Assembly (NCBI GenBank): GCA_963796105.1
Contig: CAWCKJ010000003.1
Location: 828,630 to 892,629, forward strand
DNA from: a candidate division FCPU426 bacterium
GTDB taxonomy: Bacteria > Oederibacteriota > Muellerivitia > Muellerivitales > Muellerivitaceae
Direction: 5' to 3'
DNA: 64,000 bases
Shown: positions 56,024 through 64,000 of the stretch, piece after piece
Numbering within the stretch: the first letter of the stretch is position 1
Layout of the letters: every line of letters starts with the position of its first letter
Made by a program: the position numbers and the translations under genes
The notes under the pieces: generated by a model
Database searches by the model: none
Seen by the model: the letters and a program-made list of their open reading frames with translations, nothing else
What the model was told of the DNA's origin: nothing

Positions 56024-59000
56024 TCAATGGGCCACTACAACTTTACCGACCTTGGTTTCCTTGACGCTTTCGTCATAGGCCTGGAAGGCGTAAATATACA
56101 ACCCGCTTGCGACCCCCTCGCCGGACTGGTTGTTGAGGTCCCAAACTTGTGTGTGTTTCCCAGGTTCACCTTGGAAAACCCATTGGCGGACCAACTCGCC
56201 CGTCAGCGAGTAAACGCTAAGCGTCAACCCCGCCGTCTTCTTCAAGTTATAGAGGAACTTGACCGGTGTCCCTGCCTTGGAAAGGCTCGGCGCCGGGATA
56301 ACTGACGAGATCAGCACCCCAGGGGCGGGAGTCAAGGTACTGGTCGGGGTGCTCTTGGGGCCCTTCACGTCGTTGGACAATACCCCCGAGGCCGGCATGG
56401 CGGAACTTCCGGACGTCGTGGACGGCGTGGCAGTCGGAGTGGACGTTTTGGTCGGCGTCCTGGTCGCGGTCGGAGTGGACGTCCTCGTGGGCGTGCGCGT
56501 CGGCGTGATCGTCGGCGAATTCGTCTTGGTCGGCGTCCAAGTGGGCGTACGCGTCACCGTAGGCGTATTCGTCTTCGTAGGCGTGGAGGTGTTCGTCCTT
56601 GTCGGCGTAATCGTCGGCGAATTCGTCTTGGTCGGCGTCCAAGTGGGCGTCCGGGTGATCGTCGGCGTATTCGTCTTCGTGGGCGTGTAAGTGTTCGTCC
56701 TCGTCGGCGTGATTGTGGGCGAATTCGTCTTAGTGGGCGTCCAAGTGGGCGTACGCGTCACCGTCGGCGTGAAAGTATTCGTCCTCGTCGGTGTAATCGT
56801 AGGCGTGTTGGTGATGGTGTGCGTTGGTGTCGCCGTGAAGGTGTTGGTAGGCGTCTTGGTAGGCGTGGGCGTGTTGGTTGTCGTCGGCGTATTGGTAGGC
56901 GTTGGAGTATTGGTGGCCGTTTTCGTCGGCGTAGGTGTGTTGGTGGCAGTTTGCGTCGGCGACTGTGTCAGGGTCGATGTCCAAGTCGGCGTCGCAGTCG
57001 GCGTCGGCGTTGGAGCCCCGCAGGCGAAGGAACAATTGCCGAATTGCGAAAGAATATCAGACCCGCTGTCCGACACGAAGAATTGATTGCCCCCAACCGC
57101 TATACCCTGAGTGTTCCCAAAAGAACCGTAATACTGGCCGCCCTCAAAGGCGGTCAGGAAATTGCCGCTCAGGTCAAACACCCCGACGGATCCGAATCCG
57201 TCCGTCACGAACACCTCGCAATTGTTTACAGCGATGAAGTTCGCCGTCACGAGCGGCGTCCCCTGAGTCACGTTCCAGGAATTCAATAAGGTATAACCGC
57301 TCCCTGATGGGCTAAAAACCTGTACCAGGCCAGTTCCGAAATCGGCCACATATACGTTGGAGTTCTGGTCCAAGGCCACCCCAACAGGCAGGCTGAAGGG
57401 AGTCTGCCCATTGGCCACGACGAGAGACCAATTGTCAGTCCCATTTGCCTGATCCAACTGAACCCGTTGGTTATTCGTGTCAGCCACGAAAACGTTCGTT
57501 ACGGATCCTGAAATAGTAACAGCAATACCCGAGGGGCCGTTGAAATAGCCCGGCCCTGTCCCAATGCCATTACCATACGTTTTATAAGTTGAATATGAGG
57601 AGGCGTTGCTGAACTCAAACACCTGGCAATTACCTTGATCGGTGACGTAAACATTGCTTCCTGCATCCAGCGCGATTCCCATGGGATAACCCAAGGCACC
57701 GTAACCAAATGAACCGGTGTAATAACCACCTCCGCTGTAAACGCCTCCATACACGTCAAGATTCAAATCATCCGCCGCGAAAAAGTTATTTCCAGCCGGA
57801 TCTGTGGCAACGCCCTCGAAACCATTGTACCCAAATGCCCAACCCGTTTGACACGAAGCCAAGTTCACCGGTTTGGGTGTGGGTGTCGGTGTCAATGCCA
57901 TCGAAGGTGAGGCAAGACCCACCCACACGGAATTCCAGTCTGGATAACCAGGATAACCATCGCTGGCGGTCCCGCCCAAAAGCCAGGGCATGCCGTTGTA
58001 AACCACGGCGCCATAGGAAAGCCCGGCAGGGAAATTTCCCGATTGATGACCCCAGTTATTCGCCACTGGATCGTAAATATAAACGTCGTTGTAGTCGGTA
58101 TAGCCGCCGAAATGGGCCCAAAGCCCGTCGGTCAACCATAATTTGTTGTTGTAGGCGAAAAAGTTGTAATCCCAGCGCCTAGTGATGCCCGTGTCCCCCA
58201 CCTGGGTCCAATTCAACCCCGTCGTATCGGACTCCCACAGCACCAAGTCCGTCCCGTTGTCCTGCAAGCCCCACATGTGCGTCACACCGGACGAGTCCGG
58301 CATCGTGGCCACTCCCCCGAACATCGCGGGCAGAGAAATCACCGAACTCCATGCGCTTCCATCTGTCTTCGTCGAGTAACACTCATCGGGCCCGCTGAAC
58401 ACCCACATAGCGTTGTTAAAGACCGTTCCCACGCAGTCCCCTGTAAACCCGATATTGGCAGTTGGATTGTTCCATGTTCTTCCATCAGGTGAACTCCAAA
58501 CATCACTGAAAAACGTATTGTAATTGTCCCCGCCAATCACCCACATCTGCCCGTTATAGTTCAGGCACGCGTACAACTCCCTCGGGGAATACTTGTTAAA
58601 AGGATAATTCATCGGTATCAGGCTCCAATTCACACCGTCTCCCGAACTCCAAACGTCATTGTTGAATTGATACTGCCCCAGCGAGCCTCCCAAGACCCAC
58701 ATCTGGCCCCCGAACGACACAGCCCCGAAATTTGCCTGCGGCTCGAATACCTCGTTCGTCGCCAAATGGTTCCAACTGCTCCCATTCGCTGGACCGCTAA
58801 CTGCGGGGGTTGGAGTTGGCGTAGGAGTAGGTTGGCAAGAGCCCACCCACACGGAATTCCAGTCTGGATAACCAGGATAACCATCGCTGGCGGTCCCGCC
58901 CAAAAGCCAGGGCATGCCGTTGTAAACCACGGCGCCATAGGAAAGCCCGGCAGGGAAATTTCCCGATTGATGACCCCAGTTATTCGCCACTGGATCGTAA

Positions 59001-61636
59001 ATATAAACGTCGTTGTAGTCGGTATAGCCGCCGAAATGGGCCCAAAGCCCGTCGGTCAACCATAATTTGTTGTTGTAGGCGAAAAAGTTGTAATCCCAGC
59101 GCCTAGTGATGCCCGTGTCCCCCACCTGGGTCCAATTCAACCCCGTCGTATCGGACTCCCACAGCACCAAGTCCGTCCCGTTGTCCTGCAAGCCCCACAT
59201 GTGCGTCACACCGGACGAGTCCGGCATCGTGGCCACTCCCCCGAACATCGCGGGCAGAGAAATCACCGAACTCCATGCGCTTCCATCTGTCTTCGTCGAG
59301 TAACACTCATCGGGCCCGCTGAACACCCACATAGCGTTGTTAAAGACCGTTCCCACGCAGTCCCCTGTAAACCCGATATTGGCAGTTGGATTGTTCCATG
59401 TTCTTCCATCAGGTGAACTCCAAACATCACTGAAAAACGTATTGTAATTGTCCCCGCCAATCACCCACATCTGCCCGTTATAGTTCAGGCACGCGTACAA
59501 CTCCCTCGGGGAATACTTGTTAAAAGGATAATTCATCGGTATCAGGCTCCAATTCACACCGTCTCCCGAACTCCAAACGTCATTGTTGAATTGATACTGC
59601 CCCAGCGAGCCTCCCAAGACCCACATCTGGCCCCCGAACGACACAGCCCCGAAATTTGCCTGCGGCTCGAATACCTCGTTCGTCGCCAATTGGTTCCAGG
59701 ATTTCCCATTCGCTACACAGGAGGACTGGGTCGGTTGAGAGGCTATGGCTCCAACCAAATCGTTGATCAGGTTTCCCGCAGGACTTCCCCAACCGGTGCA
59801 AAGGTCATATCCTTTTACTGCGGAGAAATAATACGTGTAATCATTTTGGAGGTTATTGTTTCCGGTGATGACGTCATTGAAATCGCTATTGTAATTGGGG
59901 CCCTGTCCGATGGAGTAAACGGCAGGATTAATGAAACCAATCGGGGGGAAGTTCTCATTCGCTGCCTGCTGGTTCACTAGAGATGTATAAGCCGCCCAAA
60001 GGGGCGCCGCGGCGCTGGTGCCTGATATCCAACTGGAATTACCAGTACCCGTAGGAGGATTTCCAAATCCATCCGAGATAAGCAATATATCTGTTGCAAC
60101 CATCGACACATCCGGATAGTTCCTAGCGGCGACTGACCCGCCGTTAGTGGCCATGGATATGAGTGACTGATAAGAGGGTATTGGTAGCAGATTTACACCT
60201 GTATAAGGATTGAAAGCGATTCCGCCCCCCGAGGCTCCGCCATTCGAGTCATTCCAAGTAGTCTCTGACACATAGCTGATATAGGGGGGATTGCTTCCCG
60301 GGCCATTAGACGTTAATTGCGTCCCGCCGACCGCGGTAATATAGGGGCTTAAAGACAATGGAAGTGGCGGTAACACGTTGGCATTGTTGAGTCCAAAGGC
60401 CCCGTAGTCGGTTGATGCTTGAAAGAAGGATTGGCCCTGCAAAACCATTTCGGAAAATAAATTCGCGGTTGTCTCATCGCCAAATCCAGTCCAGGAACTG
60501 CTAATCTCATTGCAAAGGGGGGGCGTTACAATAGCCTCATAGATTTCATTCGCTGTGACATCCGGATTTGAAGTGTCAGAACCCAGGTAGACAACCAATT
60601 GGGCGCCCGGAGCCATGGAAACCACCATCTCGATATCCAATGAAACTTCCGTATTTGAACAATTATCAGGGCAACCGCTGGTATTAACAGTACCGTCATA
60701 GCCGCCAACTAAAATGGAAATTGGCGCGGGCGCCGAGAACTGCGGTTTGGCGTGACTTTCATAATAATTGATGTCATTAAGGTAATACCCGCCGACCTCA
60801 AATAAACCGACACTTTGACCCGCACCAGTCAAGTTCGACCACGCGCTTGGGACATAGGCATCTCGAAAATCCTGGCCGTAATACAAACCTGTTGACCCAT
60901 CCGTGGCGCCGGTTCCAGTCCCAGTGGATTTAGTCAACTTGCTAGCGGTATTCCCCGTTAAATTATTTTTGTTTTCCGAAGTTGCTGGATTTTTCAAATG
61001 ATAATTATGGCTCATGCGATGGAAGTTATCCAATCCACTGATGTGGTGGACTGGAATATCCAGGTCCAAAGAGGGCTCTTGATCCAACGCATAAAAGAAG
61101 CTTCCGTCCTCACGCTTGTAATTATTCAAATTCACATGGAACGCCCTTTGGATGTCTGACACACTCCCGGCCACTTCTACCATCAAACGGTTAGGATGGG
61201 TCTTGGTCACGGACAGGTTGTTGGATTTAACGAAATTGACGACGGCCTGGTAATCCTGCTGGGTGGGGCCGAACATCTCGGTGAACTTCTCCGGCTTCAG
61301 GAAATGGCGGTAATTGGGACTTTTAGGGTCATAAAGAGTTTTAAGCAAGTAATTCATCGCTTCCTGGTTTCGAAGGGGAAGGCCGATGGCTAAATGCAAT
61401 TGGGTCTCGCCCGGCAAGGCACCCGCCAAAGGCGCGTTCGCGAATTCAGCGAGGCGGTGGTTTTTCAATTGTTGGTGCCCGGCTGTCCGACCCGGAGTTT
61501 GGGCCCCGAGAAGAAAGCACAAGGCGAGGGCCAAGAGAATAAGATTTTTCCCAGGAGAGAAAAACCGCTGGGAGGATTTCAACCTATTGGAATTTTTCCA
61601 CGGAGCAAAATGACGGGAACCTGAAGGGACTTGCAT
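56024..61636 (-). CDS. sedolisin (S53) peptidase fused to 2x Kelch-like propeller, NHL repeats, Thr/Pro repeats and a T9SS/FlgD-Ig-like C-terminal domain
   Basis: Start at MQVPSGS with GAGGAGG 5 nt upstream (the ORF opens at 61678). Pro-kumamolisin-type activation domain (..[21 protein letters not shown]..). Catalytic [13 protein letters not shown]. Two 308-aa identical modules, NHL blades and 34-aa [21 protein letters not shown] repeats. C-terminal ..[22 protein letters not shown]. Confidence 0.85.
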   Translation of the reverse strand: MQVPSGSRHFAPWKNSNRLKSSQRFFSPGKNLILLALALCFLLGAQTPGRTAGHQQLKNHRLAEFANAPLAGALPGETQLHLAIGLPLRNQEAMNYLLKTLYDPKSPNYRHFLKPEKFTEMFGPTQQDYQAVVNFVKSNNLSVTKTHPNRLMVEVAGSVSDIQRAFHVNLNNYKREDGSFFYALDQEPSLDLDIPVHHISGLDNFHRMSHNYHLKNPATSENKNNLTGNTASKLTKSTGTGTGATDGSTGLYYGQDFRDAYVPSAWSNLTGAGQSVGLFEVGGYYLNDINYYESHAKPQFSAPAPISILVGGYDGTVNTSGCPDNCSNTEVSLDIEMVVSMAPGAQLVVYLGSDTSNPDVTANEIYEAIVTPPLCNEISSSWTGFGDETTANLFSEMVLQGQSFFQASTDYGAFGLNNANVLPPLPLSLSPYITAVGGTQLTSNGPGSNPPYISYVSETTWNDSNGGASGGGIAFNPYTGVNLLPIPSYQSLISMATNGGSVAARNYPDVSMVATDILLISDGFGNPPTGTGNSSWISGTSAAAPLWAAYTSLVNQQAANENFPPIGFINPAVYSIGQGPNYNSDFNDVITGNNNLQNDYTYYFSAVKGYDLCTGWGSPAGNLINDLVGAIASQPTQSSCVANGKSWNQLATNEVFEPQANFGAVSFGGQMWVLGGSLGQYQFNNDVWSSGDGVNWSLIPMNYPFNKYSPRELYACLNYNGQMWVIGGDNYNTFFSDVWSSPDGRTWNNPTANIGFTGDCVGTVFNNAMWVFSGPDECYSTKTDGSAWSSVISLPAMFGGVATMPDSSGVTHMWGLQDNGTDLVLWESDTTGLNWTQVGDTGITRRWDYNFFAYNNKLWLTDGLWAHFGGYTDYNDVYIYDPVANNWGHQSGNFPAGLSYGAVVYNGMPWLLGGTASDGYPGYPDWNSVWVGSCQPTPTPTPTPAVSGPANGSSWNHLATNEVFEPQANFGAVSFGGQMWVLGGSLGQYQFNNDVWSSGDGVNWSLIPMNYPFNKYSPRELYACLNYNGQMWVIGGDNYNTFFSDVWSSPDGRTWNNPTANIGFTGDCVGTVFNNAMWVFSGPDECYSTKTDGSAWSSVISLPAMFGGVATMPDSSGVTHMWGLQDNGTDLVLWESDTTGLNWTQVGDTGITRRWDYNFFAYNNKLWLTDGLWAHFGGYTDYNDVYIYDPVANNWGHQSGNFPAGLSYGAVVYNGMPWLLGGTASDGYPGYPDWNSVWVGLASPSMALTPTPTPKPVNLASCQTGWAFGYNGFEGVATDPAGNNFFAADDLNLDVYGGVYSGGGYYTGSFGYGALGYPMGIALDAGSNVYVTDQGNCQVFEFSNASSYSTYKTYGNGIGTGPGYFNGPSGIAVTISGSVTNVFVADTNNQRVQLDQANGTDNWSLVVANGQTPFSLPVGVALDQNSNVYVADFGTGLVQVFSPSGSGYTLLNSWNVTQGTPLVTANFIAVNNCEVFVTDGFGSVGVFDLSGNFLTAFEGGQYYGSFGNTQGIAVGGNQFFVSDSGSDILSQFGNCSFACGAPTPTPTATPTWTSTLTQSPTQTATNTPTPTKTATNTPTPTNTPTTTNTPTPTKTPTNTFTATPTHTITNTPTITPTRTNTFTPTVTRTPTWTPTKTNSPTITPTRTNTYTPTKTNTPTITRTPTWTPTKTNSPTITPTRTNTSTPTKTNTPTVTRTPTWTPTKTNSPTITPTRTPTRTSTPTATRTPTKTSTPTATPSTTSGSSAMPASGVLSNDVKGPKSTPTSTLTPAPGVLISSVIPAPSLSKAGTPVKFLYNLKKTAGLTLSVYSLTGELVRQWVFQGEPGKHTQVWDLNNQSGEGVASGLYIYAFQAYDESVKETKVGKVVVAH
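57918..59765. repeat. 924-bp in-frame tandem duplication inside the S53 gene
   Basis: Unit 57918-58841 repeats at 58842-59765. It is identical by eye over about 850 bp (to 58767/59691), then divergent. The antisense ORFs in the track repeat exactly at a +924 offset. Confidence 0.9.
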
Positions 61637-62032
61637 GACTGCCTCCTCAATATCGTTGACTTCAACCGGTGTTGCCAAGATGAATCAGCGCCAAAGACAT
61701 TTTTTTAAAAAAATATCAGGTGAGGACAAGCGGGCGTAATTATATTCACGCGTTTGTAAAATGCAAATCAAATGAGGTTAATTCTGTTGAAATTCCAGAT
61801 TAATGTTTTCCTAAACCTGGAAAATCTCAGACAAGTGACAAGTCGTAGCTATTGAAAAAATATTTACTGAAAATCGATTTCGGTTTTTTTAACGTGTAAA
61901 CCAACGGCTCGTGGTTGAGCCGATCAGGGCGAAAATATTTGTAACGATTTTAGAGAAGGAAATTTTTGTGCACTTTTAGCGTTTGAAGGTTTTTCGTGAA
62001 ACCTTTTAATGGATACGAGAGGAAAAGTTTTT

Positions 62033-62575
62033 TTACTTAGCGGATGGAGTGACGGCGATGGGGTTGGTCCTGACACTTGGATCGGCTGGATCTCGCGGGG
62101 CATCCAGGACTCCCTGCACCTGGTCCCCCGGCTTGGCGCCGTTGGAGGTGAACCAGCCGGTATTCATTTCCAGGGCGTACTTGGCGGGGCCCGCCGACTC
62201 AAAGGGGTTCTCGGTCATCGGCGGCATTTCCCATAGGTTGAGAATGATCCCCTTTTCGTCAATGAAGGCGATGTTCAGGGGAATGAGGGTGTTCTTCATC
62301 CAGAAGGCGCGGGGAGCTGTGTCGGGAAACACGAACAGCATGCCGTCGTCCTTCCCCATTTCCCTTCGGAACATCAGGCCCGTTTCCCTGGTCACCTCGG
62401 TGTTGGCCACCTCAGCCGAGATGGTTTTCCCGTTGATGGACAGATTCACCACCGGCAAACCGGAGGGGGGAACGGCCTTATGGCAGTTAAACCCGCTTAA
62501 TAATAGGAATAATGCCGGAATGGCTACCGCCATTGGCACCCGGAAGAATCTGGTTTGTCGAGTCGGATTCGGCAT
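62033..62575 (-). CDS. DUF192 domain protein
   Basis: 180 aa. Signal/anchor, then the DUF192 pattern (AEVANTEVTRETGLMFRREMGKDDGMLFVF..FWMKNTLIPLNIAFID..YALEMNTGWF). Confidence 0.75.
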   Translation of the reverse strand: MPNPTRQTRFFRVPMAVAIPALFLLLSGFNCHKAVPPSGLPVVNLSINGKTISAEVANTEVTRETGLMFRREMGKDDGMLFVFPDTAPRAFWMKNTLIPLNIAFIDEKGIILNLWEMPPMTENPFESAGPAKYALEMNTGWFTSNGAKPGDQVQGVLDAPRDPADPSVRTNPIAVTPSAK

Positions 62576-62663
62576 AATTTATGAACCTTAAGACTGAAAT
62601 TCGCGGCTCTCTTTTAGCATACAGCCTTATTCAATAACGGATTTCTATCCAAGCAATTAATAT

Positions 62664-63347
62664 TTATTGGACAGCCCTGTTGAGGAAGCTCATGATCCTC
62701 TTCGCGTCGCCAAAACCCACGATCATTTTAAAATCACTTCTCCCCGGGTACTGAACCACCAGCGTTGGGAATCCCTTTACTTTATATTTATTTTGAATAT
62801 CAATAACTTCCCTTGAGTTTTGTCCCACCTCCCGATACCGGTCCATGACCTGGACCGGCACAAAAAGCAAATTGATTCTCGCGGCGCAATCAGGATTATC
62901 GAAAACATTCTTTTTTAATCTCCGGCAGTAACCGCACCATTCCGCCGTCATGTCGTAAAGAATCGGTTTTTGGGTCCTGATGGACTCGGCCAGGCCCTCG
63001 GAAGGCTTTCTCCAGGTAATTTCCCTGGGCGATTCGTCAATTTTAGTTTGGAGTTCCTTGACGAATTGTTTCACTTGGGTGTCCTGGGGCTGCAGGGCTT
63101 GGACTTTCTGGTAATCGGACAAGGCGTAATGGTACTTTTTCATGGAATTAAAACAATTCGCCCTGCCTAAAAGTGCCTGAGCGTTGCTTGGTTCCATTTT
63201 AATAGCCGCGTCAAAATATTGGATGGCTTGCTGGTAATTATTGGAGGCATAAAGCCTTAACCCAGCGTCGCAATACTCCTTAGCGGTGGCGGCATAAACC
63301 CTAGAACCAGCCAAGAGCATCAATATGAAAAGAAAATGTTTTTTCAT
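62664..63347 (-). CDS. secreted TPR + thioredoxin-fold protein
   Basis: Signal peptide from MKKHFLFILMLLAGSRVYA. Two or three TPR units, then a thioredoxin-like domain with the WCGYC active-site motif. Confidence 0.75.
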   Translation of the reverse strand: MKKHFLFILMLLAGSRVYAATAKEYCDAGLRLYASNNYQQAIQYFDAAIKMEPSNAQALLGRANCFNSMKKYHYALSDYQKVQALQPQDTQVKQFVKELQTKIDESPREITWRKPSEGLAESIRTQKPILYDMTAEWCGYCRRLKKNVFDNPDCAARINLLFVPVQVMDRYREVGQNSREVIDIQNKYKVKGFPTLVVQYPGRSDFKMIVGFGDAKRIMSFLNRAVQ

Positions 63348-63498
63348 TAGTCCAGCTCCTTTACATAGGACAGATGAACTCAACCCATCATTTATTCGCT
63401 AAATCCCCATATTCAATACGGTTAAGCCTCGCTAATGGCGGATCGCGGTTAGTCATCATTTATAAGTGACCAACCGCGAACCTTTTTCCTATCAGATT

Positions 63499-64000
63499 TT
63501 ATTCCTCAACCGAAAAAGCCATGTAGGTATGGGGCTGAACATGGACCAGGAAATTGCTCCTGGGAGGGCCCTGGGGACGGTCATGGAACCATTTGTTCCC
63601 GCCTTTGGGCTCGGGAGGAGGCGCCTGGGCCTCAACCATCTGGTTCGTCAGGAGATTCCTGAGCTTGACCTTTTCCCCCGCGACCTGGAGGGTGACCGTT
63701 GATTCATCGGGCCGGAAAGACTCCACCACGAAACTGTTGTTGTCATAGGCGAACAGGGCCACTTGCGCGGGCGAGTCCATGCGCACCGGAAAGTCCTGCT
63801 GGAGGTATCCCTTGATGGCGGTCAGGACGCCCCTGGGTATGTTGTACAAGTCGGAGATGTTTTCCGGGATCGTGATCTCGTAAAGGATACCCTTGGAATA
63901 GTGGTTCATGAGCACGATAGGATAGCCCTTGGCCGTGGCGACGCCCCGGATTATGGGCCACATGTCGTTGGTGAAAAAACGGATCTCCGGGAAAAGAATG
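63499..64000 (-). CDS. hypothetical protein, C-terminal part (gene continues past the window edge)
   Basis: The frame stays open upstream of the first ATG (..ILFPEIRFFTNDMWPII..) to position 64000. No family recognised. Confidence 0.5.
   Translation of the reverse strand, partial: ILFPEIRFFTNDMWPIIRGVATAKGYPIVLMNHYSKGILYEITIPENISDLYNIPRGVLTAIKGYLQQDFPVRMDSPAQVALFAYDNNSFVVESFRPDESTVTLQVAGEKVKLRNLLTNQMVEAQAPPPEPKGGNKWFHDRPQGPPRSNFLVHVQPHTYMAFSVEE

Noticed and set aside
51200-57000. Regularly spaced nucleotide repeats (~100-140-bp periods) that could be mistaken for a CRISPR array.
   Set aside because: They lie inside long open reading frames and encode the stalk repeats. The 'spacers' are themselves homologous, no cas genes are present, and the repeat units are too long and imperfect.
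28665-57086. Many long ORFs rich in Val/Gly (VGVGV.., e.g. 28665..29018, 29034..29297, 42632..42922, 43046..43420, 46797..47006, 49521..49814, 50445..50963, 53699..53971, 54959..55195, 56259..56690, 56691..57086).
   Set aside because: They lie antisense to Thr/Pro-repeat coding regions. ACN/CCN codons read on the opposite strand give GTN/GGN and few stop codons. They have no RBS or start context, and the sense strand carries clear signal peptides and domains.
62049-62591. 180-aa plus-strand ORF exactly overlapping the DUF192 gene.
   Set aside because: Only the minus-strand product has a signal/anchor and the DUF192 motif set. The plus-strand product has no recognisable features.

Overview
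The window comes from a diderm bacterium, as shown by a TonB-dependent receptor, a secretin and many lipobox lipoproteins. I cannot place the lineage from sequence alone.

**Core-like region (1-27 kb).** It encodes:
- an RluA-type pseudouridine synthase and tRNA-Leu(CAA)
- a four-gene c-type cytochrome / 4Fe-4S / NrfD quinone-module operon
- a TonB-dependent receptor with a YfiR-like (DUF4154) protein
- an EmrAB-type MFS efflux pair
- a DUF2723 (TMEM260-like, GT-C) membrane protein with TPR repeats
- a prepilin-type protein, a Sel1-repeat protein and an FGE/SUMF1-domain protein

**Accessory island (24-62 kb).** It is dominated by large secreted proteins, mostly lipoproteins, built as signal peptide/lipobox, Thr/Pro-rich stalk, then a beta-propeller or solenoid head. 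The heads are NHL, Kelch-like, BNR/Asp-box-like, LRR or a glycine-rich domain. One is a 1870-aa sedolisin (S53) fusion that carries a near-perfect 924-bp internal tandem duplication.

Interleaved with these genes are:
- four essentially identical 986-bp IS1595-family (ISXO2-like) elements with intact 8-bp target-site duplications, two of them in a head-to-tail tandem
- a half Tad/Flp pilus locus (two flp, tadE/G-like genes, cpaB, cpaC secretin) with no ATPase, platform or peptidase genes, placed divergent from a class III nucleotide cyclase
- a 0.92-kb direct repeat carrying a PilZ-like gene and an 87-aa ORF, which brackets an LRR lipoprotein and a RelB/RelE-type toxin-antitoxin pair
- several decayed genes: an in-frame TAA in an NHL gene, an in-frame TGA followed by an FG-GAP tail, a frameshifted flp-like gene, an NHL fragment and a truncated methyltransferase
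- a dispersed AT-rich hairpin-containing repeat family at gene 3' ends

I found no CRISPR array, rRNA gene, reverse transcriptase or recognisable defence system. The most interesting content is the fast-evolving modular surface-protein island and the repeat and IS architecture around it.
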